Part shown: positions 10,482 to 19,823 of the stretch, in pieces | How the letters are laid out: every line of letters starts with the position of its first letter | Numbering within the stretch: the stretch's first letter is position 1 | NCBI GenBank assembly: GCA_003344405.1 | Contig: NOWV01000102.1 | Location: 248,001 to 270,973 of the forward strand | Source: Trichoplax sp. H2 | Taxonomy: Eukaryota | DNA: 22,973 bases | Reading direction: 5' to 3' | Program-made: the position numbers and the translations under genes | The notes under the pieces: model-generated | Told to the model about the DNA's origin: nothing | The model's database searches: none | What the model saw: the letters and a program-made list of their open reading frames with translations, nothing else

Positions 10482-11546
10482 ATGCAGAAGGTTAGACGGC
10501 AATCGATAATTCAAAATTTAGTGAGACCAAACTATCAGCTCTACAGTATGTTTCAGTTAGCTACAGTTAGCTTTGATAATACAAATACTACTTTATTGCC
10601 TACTTCCGATTTTAAAACTAATCCGTTACAATTAGTCACTATTGCAACACTATCAATTATTGCAATGGGCTCAGTAGTAGGCAATTCCTTCTGCCTGGCA
10701 ACTATTTACGCTACTCCATCATTACATAAAGTTAATAACATCCTTTTGGCTAATATGGCTGCTGCTGATCTTTCTATCGGTATGATAGCTTTACCAGCCA
10801 TGGTGGTTGTTGTTTGGCTAGATTATCCGATTCCAACTATTTTATGTCAATTTCAAGGTTTTGTCTTAGTCTATTTATATCCAGTATCATTATTGACGGT
10901 AACGGCCATTACCGTCGATCGAATTTTAGCTATAACTCGGCCATTGCACTATTCGGATGTTATTACTTATAAATTTCGATGGATCTTAGGGATCATCTGG
11001 ATAGCACCATTTACTATAGCTTTAATGCCAGTGATGCAATTAGAGCAATTCGGATTCGGAAATTACGATAAGGTAATGGTTTGTTGGATAGATCTACATC
11101 ATAGAAGTCACCGTCCATATACCTTCTCTGCTATATTATTGACCTTTATTATTGGTATTATCCTAGCTATTATTGGCTGTTATACTGCTATCTTTATTAT
11201 AGCTTGCCGAAAAACCGTCTATATACCCCATAGATCAAGCCAAGATATGGTAAAATCAATTCGCACTACTGCTCTTATTGTTGGCACAAGTATTTTATGT
11301 TGGATTCTATTGGCAATTGATTATTTTATTGATTTAACTCGAGTTTCTTTATCCAAAAGGTTATCGATCATCGAAATCCTTGTCTCTTTTGCCGCAATAA
11401 GTAACTCGATGATTAATCCTATCGTTTATGTCTCTACAAATACCATCTTAAGAAGGAAATTTCTAAGCCTGTTTAAAGTATTTCCTACCGCGACAAATCG
11501 AATTCAAAAAATTACAGTTAAACAAAGTAGTACCTGTCCTTCATGA
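10482..11546 (+). CDS. Class A (rhodopsin-like) orphan G protein-coupled receptor, single coding exon (GPCR 1)
   Basis: Seven hydrophobic segments with GN (TM1), MAAAD (TM2), C3.25 and ECL2 Cys, DRI (TM3), W (TM4), CY (TM5), CWIL (TM6), NSMINPIVY (TM7), LRRKF helix 8, and an N-terminal NTT sequon. The ORF-track start 10458 is TTG. The first ATG is 10482; ATG 10548 has better context and may be the true start. Confidence 0.93.
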   Translation: MQKVRRQSIIQNLVRPNYQLYSMFQLATVSFDNTNTTLLPTSDFKTNPLQLVTIATLSIIAMGSVVGNSFCLATIYATPSLHKVNNILLANMAAADLSIGMIALPAMVVVVWLDYPIPTILCQFQGFVLVYLYPVSLLTVTAITVDRILAITRPLHYSDVITYKFRWILGIIWIAPFTIALMPVMQLEQFGFGNYDKVMVCWIDLHHRSHRPYTFSAILLTFIIGIILAIIGCYTAIFIIACRKTVYIPHRSSQDMVKSIRTTALIVGTSILCWILLAIDYFIDLTRVSLSKRLSIIEILVSFAAISNSMINPIVYVSTNTILRRKFLSLFKVFPTATNRIQKITVKQSSTCPS

Positions 11547-14079
11547 TCAAAATTATAGGCCATAATTCGTAAACATTATTGTACTTGAGATCAACATTAT
11601 CCAGACCAAAAGTTGGTGTATTCATCGTAAATAGATTAATCATACGAGTAATATAATAACAAGCAAGACAGCACAAGCTAATATTCTCTCTTCTTTCGTC
11701 AACGCTTGCAAGCTTAAAATTAATATTATCTTGATCACAATGTTAATGCATTCATCGATTTCATTAAATTCAGAATACTTGCAGTTCTACTTGTCTCCCG
11801 AAGTATTCTAAATACAAATAATTAAGCATAAAGCTTAACGATATCAACATTTCATTTTTTATTTTCAAACTAATATTGCCAAAGCATTGACTAGCATTTT
11901 AAAGTTGTATTAAGTACATTACTGTTCCAAATTGTATGATATGAAAGGTTGTGCAAGAGTTATTTTCCACCAGAATCAGAACAAGAAATTATATAATCTT
12001 ACTATAACCAACAATACCTCATCCAAGATTTCTCTGTTTGTAATCATTTTTCTTGAAATAAACTAAAAAGCGTCAGAGCCGATCCTTTACCCTTAACAAA
12101 GATAATATATTGCCGCTTTTAATAAAATAAATTAAATAATTTAATTCTAAATTACAACTACCTCAATCAGGAGTTTCTTGGCAAGTAAGGATTCTTCTAG
12201 AAATAAACTTAAAGTCACCAGGGTTAATCATTTTATCCAGCTAGAGATAATATTTGTCGCTTCACTAGAAGTTATTTTAAAATAGCTAATGAGCATAGTA
12301 TGTCTTGTTATTGGAACAAATACACTAACACAAATAATATTTCCAAGAAATGAGGCTATTGCAGTAAATCTACACTAAAAAAGTTAGCTTTTAAACTTTA
12401 CTCATAGACTATAATCACATAACTTCTATTACAATACTGATTAATGATTTACTTCATAGAATTCAATTATACTTATAGACAATTCTCTCCTGAACACTTT
12501 TTTAACAAAGATACTCCTGGTGTTAATTAAAATCTTGTTAAAGTCACTTTTTAGCTCATGTAGCTAAGCTAGTCAATCGACAACGTAAACCTTGTACTTT
12601 TGACGCAGATTGCCTAAAATTGCGATTTTAAAAGTGTTAGTAGCGCATCTTTTATATAATACATTAGTCTTATCGATAGATATTCGCTAGGCTAATTGTT
12701 TCCTAGTGTGATGGAGGGTTCGAAGAGTCAGATAATGTGGTTTTAGTTGCCATGCAGAGAATTGCACAAAGCGCTTAAGAAAAGAGGATACTTTATTTTA
12801 GATAGTAGTTAGGTATAAAGTGTGATAATTACGGTAGGTCTGCGTGGTAGCTGCCGTGAGTAAAGTGCGAATACTAACTGTGACTAATAATGGAACTTAA
12901 CAAATCTAAGGTAGAAAACGGCGGTATTTATAGCTATGGCATTAGAACACATGCAGAGAACATGATTGTAGGATTAGATACAACATATACCATAACAGGT
13001 TATAGAATAGCAGATGATTGTAGAAAATAGCGAGGACTGTAATAGCTAAATGTAGTAAGCCATATTTGAATGTAGAACGAACAGACTGTAAATATGTCTA
13101 AATATAAGATCAATACAACATGTCTATATTTAACAGTAGAATATAGTTACAGTATATTCTAAATACACTACACCTAAAAAAGAATTTTTAAGATACGGAC
13201 CCAGAAATGCTACCTAATTAAAGATATATTATTATCATCCTCTTATTAGCACTGTCGAAGATATATTATTTTTATCGATGAAATACATAAGAAACGTAGC
13301 TACTTTACGGTAATGTTTTTCAAATCAGTAGCATATTCTTAGGACTATCTTGACATCGATTATTACAAATATTGGAAAGTGATCTAGTTAGAAAGAATAT
13401 AAGTTAGAACTAACCAAAAATGAATTTCAAATAGCTAGGAGTAAGTTCATATCATGGATCCAGTACATTATTTTGTTGAGAAACAAGACTTTAGGAAATT
13501 CCAATTAATTTTCAATTTACTATCTAATCTTGTTAAAAATCGCAGAAAGTTTATTTCCGAAATTTAGATGAATAATTGACTTGATGCATAACGAAATTAG
13601 AAGGCCCAGTATTAAGATACTACACACTTATATAGAGTACGGTAGTAATTAATTAACTCTTATTTAAATAACATAGAAATTATAAATACCTTTTCCTGTA
13701 AAGCACTTCCATACATGTACAAATAAATTTGATATACGTTTAATTAAGAATAAAATACCCACCAGCGTAATATTTCCAGAAATTCAAGAAAGCAATAGAT
13801 TCATGGGAAATCTATCTGATAGCAAATGCAAGGATATTAAATACTGTTCCCCTTAAACAAATTTTAAATATAAGCTTTAGAATGGAGCACAGCAAAAAAA
13901 TATTATGTCATTTTTTATCTTTATGTAATGAAATGAAAAGTGTAGAGATCAAGCTACAAAACTTTAATAAATTTTGATTCTACTTTCGTTACACTCCGGT
14001 CGACTTAACGAAACTTTGACACCAAATAAAATCTGGGTAAATAATCGATCAACAATTTTATTAAACAGTCTGACTACTT

Positions 14080-14330
14080 GACAATCAACACAACCTCTGC
14101 CAATTTCCATCTTATTTTCTATTTTCCTAACTAAACTTTCCTAATGTGACTTTCATGTCACATCATAAAATTCCAAAGTTTCAAATTCATTACAAAAAGT
14201 TCAAATTTCAAAAATCAACTCTTACGATATTTTTCATAAACTAAAATCCAAAAATTAAAACAGAAAAATTATATATGACATAAATCCAACCGGTTCCGGG
14301 ATCCAAATCCCGAAAAATCCGGATTTTATA
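14080..14330. promoter_or_regulatory. Promoter-like patch: G-poor A/T-tract region followed by a CCGG-rich palindrome cluster
   Basis: Repeated AAATTC/AAAGTTTC/AAATTTC tracts, then AACCGGTT (14288-14295), CGGGAT-N4-ATCCCG (14297-14312) and AAAATCCGGATTTT (14314-14327). The promoter role is inferred only. Confidence 0.3.
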
Positions 14331-15255
14331 AAGATCACAGTAATCGCTTATCAACAAATTTTATATGGCTACTATGACTACTTTTCTGACATTAGTATCG
14401 CTTAGTATTGACAGTTGATGTTTTAGCGTTAGGTTGTACGGTAACTGCACGATTATAGACTACATTACAGTACTTTACTGTCGTGTTATAAATCCCCTTT
14501 CTCTATGGATAGGGTTTTGCTACTAAGTCAAACTCATTTACAATTTGAATAGACTATCAAATACCCTTTCTTTAGATTAGGCAATTGCTCTAGGGCTATT
14601 TCTATAGTAATCTATATAATACCTTGTAAAATAATGAAGAAGAAAAGATGGCGACGTGATGATTTGGCAGGGCAAAACTTAAAGACACTATCACTTCATC
14701 GGTATTTTCTATAGTAAAATAATACTAGTTACATACTAAAAGCTATAAAGGACTCTACTTTTAGTCCTTTACTACATTTATAATAAACGATATATTTATG
14801 ATCTTTCTTATAAACTGTTTTTACACCTGAATAGCATGAAAAATTAACCAATTTGATTATTTATACTACTTAAATATTGTCTATCAGAAGAGATAATCAT
14901 TAAAAAAATATCTATAAATACTTTTCATATAAGAGCTAATGACATACTCATACATTCAGAAATGAAAAATTTGAAATGAAATTCTTACCTTTTACCGATG
15001 AAAGTATTAGTCTCTACACAGTTACTTTTCATAAGTAACTAGTAATGGCAATATCCTCCTTATTATTATAGCAAAATTAATCCAATATAGTTATTTAATA
15101 CTATATCATCAAACTAAACAGCAAGATAAAAAGAAATCTTCATACTATGATAATATTAATCAGTCGAAATAATAAAACTCCATCAATATACAAATTTAGA
15201 TATCCGTACAGTAGTTCCATTTTTTAGTAATTATCAAGGTATAAAATATTACCGT

Positions 15256-15263
15256 TGACGTCA
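15256..15263. promoter_or_regulatory. Consensus CRE/ATF palindrome TGACGTCA (within TTGACGTCAA)
   Basis: Exact octamer ~3.4 kb upstream of GPCR 2; function not shown. Confidence 0.25.
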
Positions 15264-16018
15264 AATTAGATAGAAAACACAGCTTTAATTTTTACGATAA
15301 CAATCTAGGGCTCTCAGTACTCCAGTTACATGTGTATAGGTACTCCTCCTTCCCTCCCATTTTTTTAATGTACACTAATTGGTATAACAACATTTTAAGT
15401 AGGCAATGATTTGATTATTAACTAAATTATAGTCTGGCCCTGTAATCTGGTGGATTATCTACACGAAAATATCAATCTCATTACAAAGCAGCATAAGAAC
15501 CAATTTTAAATGAATTCATAGTTTCTGAAACTGTATAAATTTTAATATTTGCGATACAACAATTGGACAATTTTAGTATCAAGAGCGAACAGATCGATAA
15601 GTAATGTAGATAGCTTGTTACCTCCTGTCACAAAACAGCTTTGCAACAAGATAACGCAATATACGATCAATAAGTCAATTCCTTGAACCACGTATCAAGG
15701 AACGATATCTGCACTATCACAAACACTTTTGCTCTACTAGCAGACTACACAAAGACTTAAACGCCTCGTATTTTACGTTAAACACTAAGTTGGACAATCC
15801 TTCTTTATTTCACGATATACTGCATTTATATACTATTCCTCAATAGTTCATGAGTCATAGTTAATACAATTAACATTAGAATCATTTACTGAATTAGATA
15901 TTAATTTTAGCTACTGCTCCCTTAATGCAGACAACAGTATTTACGAACATAGACATATAATGACTAATACAGAATAGTCAGATTACGATATGTCCTATCA
16001 CGGAACATTTCCATGATA

Positions 16019-16038
16019 NNNNNNNNNNNNNNNNNNNN
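16019..16038. other. Assembly gap (20 N)
   Basis: Run of N. Confidence 1.
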
Positions 16039-16371
16039 CCTGTAATCTGGTGGATTATCTACACGAAAATATCAATCTCATTACAAAGCAGCATAAGAAC
16101 CAATTTTAAATGAATTCATAGTTTCTGAACTGTATAAATTTTAATATTTGCGATACAACAATTGGACAATTTTAGTATCAAGAGCGAACAGATCGACAAG
16201 CAATGTAGATATCTTGTTACCTCCCAAGTAAGAACGTTATCTATTTTATCATACTTTTGAAATTTATTCACAGAATTAACATAAAAATCTTCCATTTTTA
16301 TTAACAGTAACAGCATTAATATTCAGTTCCAATGCGCTACAAGACTATCTTGGCATAATTTACCGATGTGA
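16039..16371. repeat. Empty-site haplotype copy of locus B scaffolded between two gaps inside copy 3
   Basis: Matches 15439-15625 joined directly to 16698-16844, with a single CCTCC, about 6 substitutions and one 1-bp indel. Confidence 0.93.
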
Positions 16372-16391
16372 NNNNNNNNNNNNNNNNNNNN
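16372..16391. other. Assembly gap (20 N)
   Basis: Run of N. Confidence 1.
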
Positions 16392-17875
16392 TATAATGAC
16401 TAATACAGAATAGTCAGATTACGATATGTCCTATCACGGAACATTTCCATGATAATTTACAGTCTACTATAAGTAAATTACAATCACAATGATTCGAACT
16501 GTAAGCAGATGATTTGCATTCCCTATTATAACTATTAATTTCAGTATGTGTATAAGTGTCACTGTCATAAAAAGTCAGTGCTATATTAAAATACAGTATA
16601 TCCAAATTAGAAGTTAACTAAATAAGGATAGTCTAATAGAATTATCCTAACATTGATATTTTTACTGTAATACAGTTTATAACACTGTAACACCTCCCAA
16701 GTAAGAACGTTATCTATTTTATCATACTTTTGAAATTTATTCACAGAATTAACATAAAAATCTTCCATTTTTATTAACAGTAACAGCATTCATATTCAGT
16801 TCCAATGTGTTACAAGACTATCTTGGCATAATTTACCGATGTGATCAAGAAAATTTTTAGCCCTCATCCAAGTATGAGTAATGGACTTAAATTTTAAATG
16901 AGACTATCCAGTGGCAAGTAAATAATAACTTTAAATTACACGTAGATGTAATTCTATCAAATGAATTCGTCAACATCGTATCCTAACTGGCTAAACATAA
17001 CAACTTTATTTCACAACTAAATGATATCGATGAATGAAAATTACTACACTAGTATTCCTTCATAGCTCTTTCATACAAATATATAGAATTTGAATAATGC
17101 ACCTATGACATATTTCCCATAGCTAATCAATAAAATTTTTTCATTTTATATTTGGCTACTTTTTGTAATAATATCATGTCTTTCTATTAGCAATTAGGTC
17201 AATTTTTATCATATAATTAATTCTCTCAACATCAATTACCTCCCCTATTGGCCATAACTATTGGATAAATTTTACATAGCAGCTAGATTGTATTTTTGTA
17301 AATTAGTAATCTAATATGGCCTAATTATTGCTTGAATAAGTTTTATTTTGCTATTAGACTTTATGGTAATCGATACATAATTGATGAGAACAAAATTTGT
17401 AGACAATTGAAATTTCTTGGAAATGGATTTATAAAACAATACGATGACCAGCATAATTATTTCTATAACTAATTCCATCAGTGGTAAATTAGTTTTCACA
17501 GCTATTAATTAGCTTTAACTTATTTTTCTCATCAGTATTAATTTATCATGTGAATTTATAACACTCACTTTTGCAGGAATTCCTTAAAACGAAATTCCGT
17601 CATTTTATTTTCTGTACTTAATATTTTTCTAAAGTCAAAAAATCATATGATAACTGCAGAAACCCGTGAAATATTGACTCCTGTTAAAATAATATTATTA
17701 TTATTCATATCAGAACAAGCCGCTTTTCCAGTTTACCCGTAAATCAATATAAAGAAAATGTTGAACAATCATAAGGCTATCATTTTGCATATTACATAAT
17801 GAAAGAGTTAACCTTTTCCCATTGACCAATTGTGCATATAATTTCGCTACTGCCTGGTACAATATTCCACTTCTA

Positions 17876-18062
17876 CAGTAGAGTTTAGTTAGACATTCGA
17901 TGCAATATAGTAGAAATCATTTATTTTTCTTTTATGTCCCCCTCTTTCTATGCAAATAATAACATTCAAACTGCTGTAGAATTTAGACATTCGATGCAAT
18001 ATAATAGACATCATTTATATTTTCTTTATATCTTTTTTTCTATCCCAATAATAATGTTTAAG
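17876..18062. repeat. Tandem duplication, 2 units, period ~94 bp
   Basis: TTAGACATTCGATGCAATATA is exact at 17889 and 17983, followed by shared TAGA.ATCATTTAT.TTT and TTTCTAT...AATAATAA. Confidence 0.88.
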
Positions 18063-18606
18063 CCATGACCTATTTACTCGAAAAAAGCTTTTTTTAAAGA
18101 GATTCGATCTATTCATCGGTAGTCGTCCTACAGCAAAGTGTTTATCGTATTATTGTTTAAATTAACGATAATAAAGCAAATAGAAACCTTCCCATCCTTT
18201 GTCATAATGTCGATATTAGTCGCCGCCTTTTAGTCAAACAGATTAGTTGATAGCGGATATACGGTATTTGAAATGTTAATATAGTACCTCCGGATCTAGA
18301 ATATATTTATCGTCGAAAAAAAGATAACTCTTTCGATACTCATCATACAACACAATTTTAGGCCAAAATTTTCGATAGCACCAGCGCAATATAAGATGGT
18401 ATACTAATATTAAGCCATTAATTCTATAACTTTAATTATTTGCAATAGCTTGGAAAATTACTTTACCAATGCTGAAATAACTATAAACATTTCTAAATTA
18501 TTGGTTGAAAAAAAGCTCTAAGAATATTGAAGCTACTTCGATTGAAATTATCCAAAATTACATATACTAAATTCCAGCTCATCGAGATATACTCATAAAA
18601 TTAATT

Positions 18607-18627
18607 TATTACTTTTTCTATATACAG
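18607..18627 (+). other. Candidate 3' splice acceptor in the 5' UTR of GPCR 2
   Basis: TATTACTTTTTCTATATACAG|AA, 77 nt upstream of ATG 18705. Confidence 0.45.
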
Positions 18628-18704
18628 AAAATTATTTAAAAACAGTTGATTTCTCCTTCTGGAGAAGCGGATGAAGTTATTTACACTATACCTAATGCTC
18701 ATTG

Positions 18705-19766
18705 ATGTCAAGGATGGATCCTATCAACGTGCTAGTTAATGTGAGTAATCACTCGCAAAATCTTGCGAGTAATATTAGTCAGAACCAGTCTTATGCGAAT
18801 GCTCCTGTCAACTTTATGTTCATGATTCCGGCATTATCCATTATTAGCGTAATTGCAATAATTGCTAACATATTTTGTCTTACTACAATCTACCATACGC
18901 CATCCTTACATGACATTAGTAATGTTATGATAGCCAATTTAGCCATAATTGATCTTTTAACGGGGATGACAGTTATACCTACGATTATTACAGTACTTTT
19001 ATTAGGCAATGAAACTCCATCATGGTTATGCAAACTTCAAGGATTTTTAACGGTTGCCATGTATGGTGCTTCATTATTTGCAATTGTTGGTATAAGTATC
19101 GATCGTTTTCGAGCCGTTACCAGGCCGTATCATTATTCCTCTATAATCACCAAGACAATCATTGTAAAATTGCTGATGACAATACCTATCCCCATCATTG
19201 TTGCATCCCTACCATTATTCAATTTGGTCAATCATGGATTTGGCAGCTATATAAAAGAATTTGTTTGCTGGTCCCCCGCCTGTAGGCACAATCAACCAGC
19301 TTATATCTCAAGTGCTGCCACCGCTGTATTCATAGTTATATGCATTGGAATTGTTTTATTCTGCTATATCACAATTTTCATCATCGCCTATCATAAAAAT
19401 AAGAAGAATATCCATCTAAAGCGAAATATCAATATAAAATCTATACGCACAACGGCATTAATAGTCGGCACCAACCTCATCTGCTTTTTACCCCAACTTA
19501 GTGCAATTACTTCGGCTCTCATTAATTGTAATAATAATTCTCCGGAATTTTTTCAAGCTGTATTTTACACTATAACACTAAGCAATTCTGCACTTAATCC
19601 TATTGTTTATATCTCGACCAACTCAATTTTGCGGAGAAAATTAGTTCAATTAATGCTCGTTAAAGCTTTGAGTAAAAAAGATCCTTACAGCCAACGCGAT
19701 CATTTACCGCAAAGTAGAAGTCTAGAACTTAGTAACAATACTTCAATTTTAACAACAAGATTTTAA
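18705..19766 (+). CDS. Class A (rhodopsin-like) orphan G protein-coupled receptor, single coding exon (GPCR 2), paralogue of GPCR 1
   Basis: Seven hydrophobic segments with AN (TM1), LAIID (TM2), C3.25 and ECL2 Cys, DRF (TM3), CY (TM5), CFLP (TM6), NSALNPIVY (TM7), LRRKL helix 8, and four N-terminal sequons (NVS, NHS, NIS, NQS). Shares TPSLH, QGF, TRP.HY, GFG.Y and KSIRTTALIVGT with GPCR 1. 18702 is TTG; ATGs are at 18705 and 18714. Confidence 0.95.
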   Translation: MSRMDPINVLVNVSNHSQNLASNISQNQSYANAPVNFMFMIPALSIISVIAIIANIFCLTTIYHTPSLHDISNVMIANLAIIDLLTGMTVIPTIITVLLLGNETPSWLCKLQGFLTVAMYGASLFAIVGISIDRFRAVTRPYHYSSIITKTIIVKLLMTIPIPIIVASLPLFNLVNHGFGSYIKEFVCWSPACRHNQPAYISSAATAVFIVICIGIVLFCYITIFIIAYHKNKKNIHLKRNINIKSIRTTALIVGTNLICFLPQLSAITSALINCNNNSPEFFQAVFYTITLSNSALNPIVYISTNSILRRKLVQLMLVKALSKKDPYSQRDHLPQSRSLELSNNTSILTTRF

Positions 19767-19795
19767 TATCCATTCTATGTAAGTTCAGGTCTACG

Positions 19796-19823
19796 TATAT
19801 ATATAGACATATATATATATATA
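19796..19823. repeat. Interrupted (TA)n microsatellite in the presumed 3' UTR of GPCR 2
   Basis: TATATATATAGACATATATATATATATA. Confidence 0.85.

Larger units (their letters stand above)
15626..16692 (-). mobile_element. Divergent solo-LTR-like element, copy 3 (~631 bp reconstructed from 15626-16018 and 16392-16692), 5-bp TSD CCTCC
   Basis: Starts TGTCAC after CCTCC (15621-15625) and ends GTAACA before CCTCC (16693-16697). The empty site CTTGTTA-CCTCC-CAAGTAAG is seen at ~16213-16232. The two halves overlap by 63 identical bp (15956-16018 = 16392-16454). Minus-strand TATATAAA (15825-15832) lies 15 nt before AATAAA (15804-15809). A 21/26 match to copy 1 occurs at 15757-15782. Confidence 0.88.

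Noticed and set aside
12940-13165. Purine-rich stretch with recurring TAGAA/ATGATTGTAG
   Set aside because: No consistent period could be established; probably decayed low-complexity sequence.
14634-14701. Possible first coding exon MKKKRWRRDDLAGQNLKTLSLH
   Set aside because: Weak donor, no downstream exon identified and no recognisable homology.
16116-16789. Two minus-strand ORFs with identical N-termini (16116-16316, 16607-16789) and ORF 16414-16605
   Set aside because: The identity is an artefact of the duplicated allelic sequence, and the ORFs diverge exactly at the insertion junction. AT-biased composition and no retroelement protein motifs.
17311-17499. 62-aa minus-strand ORF
   Set aside because: Non-ATG start and I/K/L/N-rich composition typical of chance ORFs in AT-rich DNA.
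19022-19285. 87-aa alternate-frame ORF inside GPCR 2
   Set aside because: Shadow frame of a real CDS with no independent evidence.
10482-19766. Opsin or aminergic receptor assignment for the GPCRs
   Set aside because: No Lys at 7.43 and no Asp at 3.32, so no gene symbol is supportable without phylogeny.
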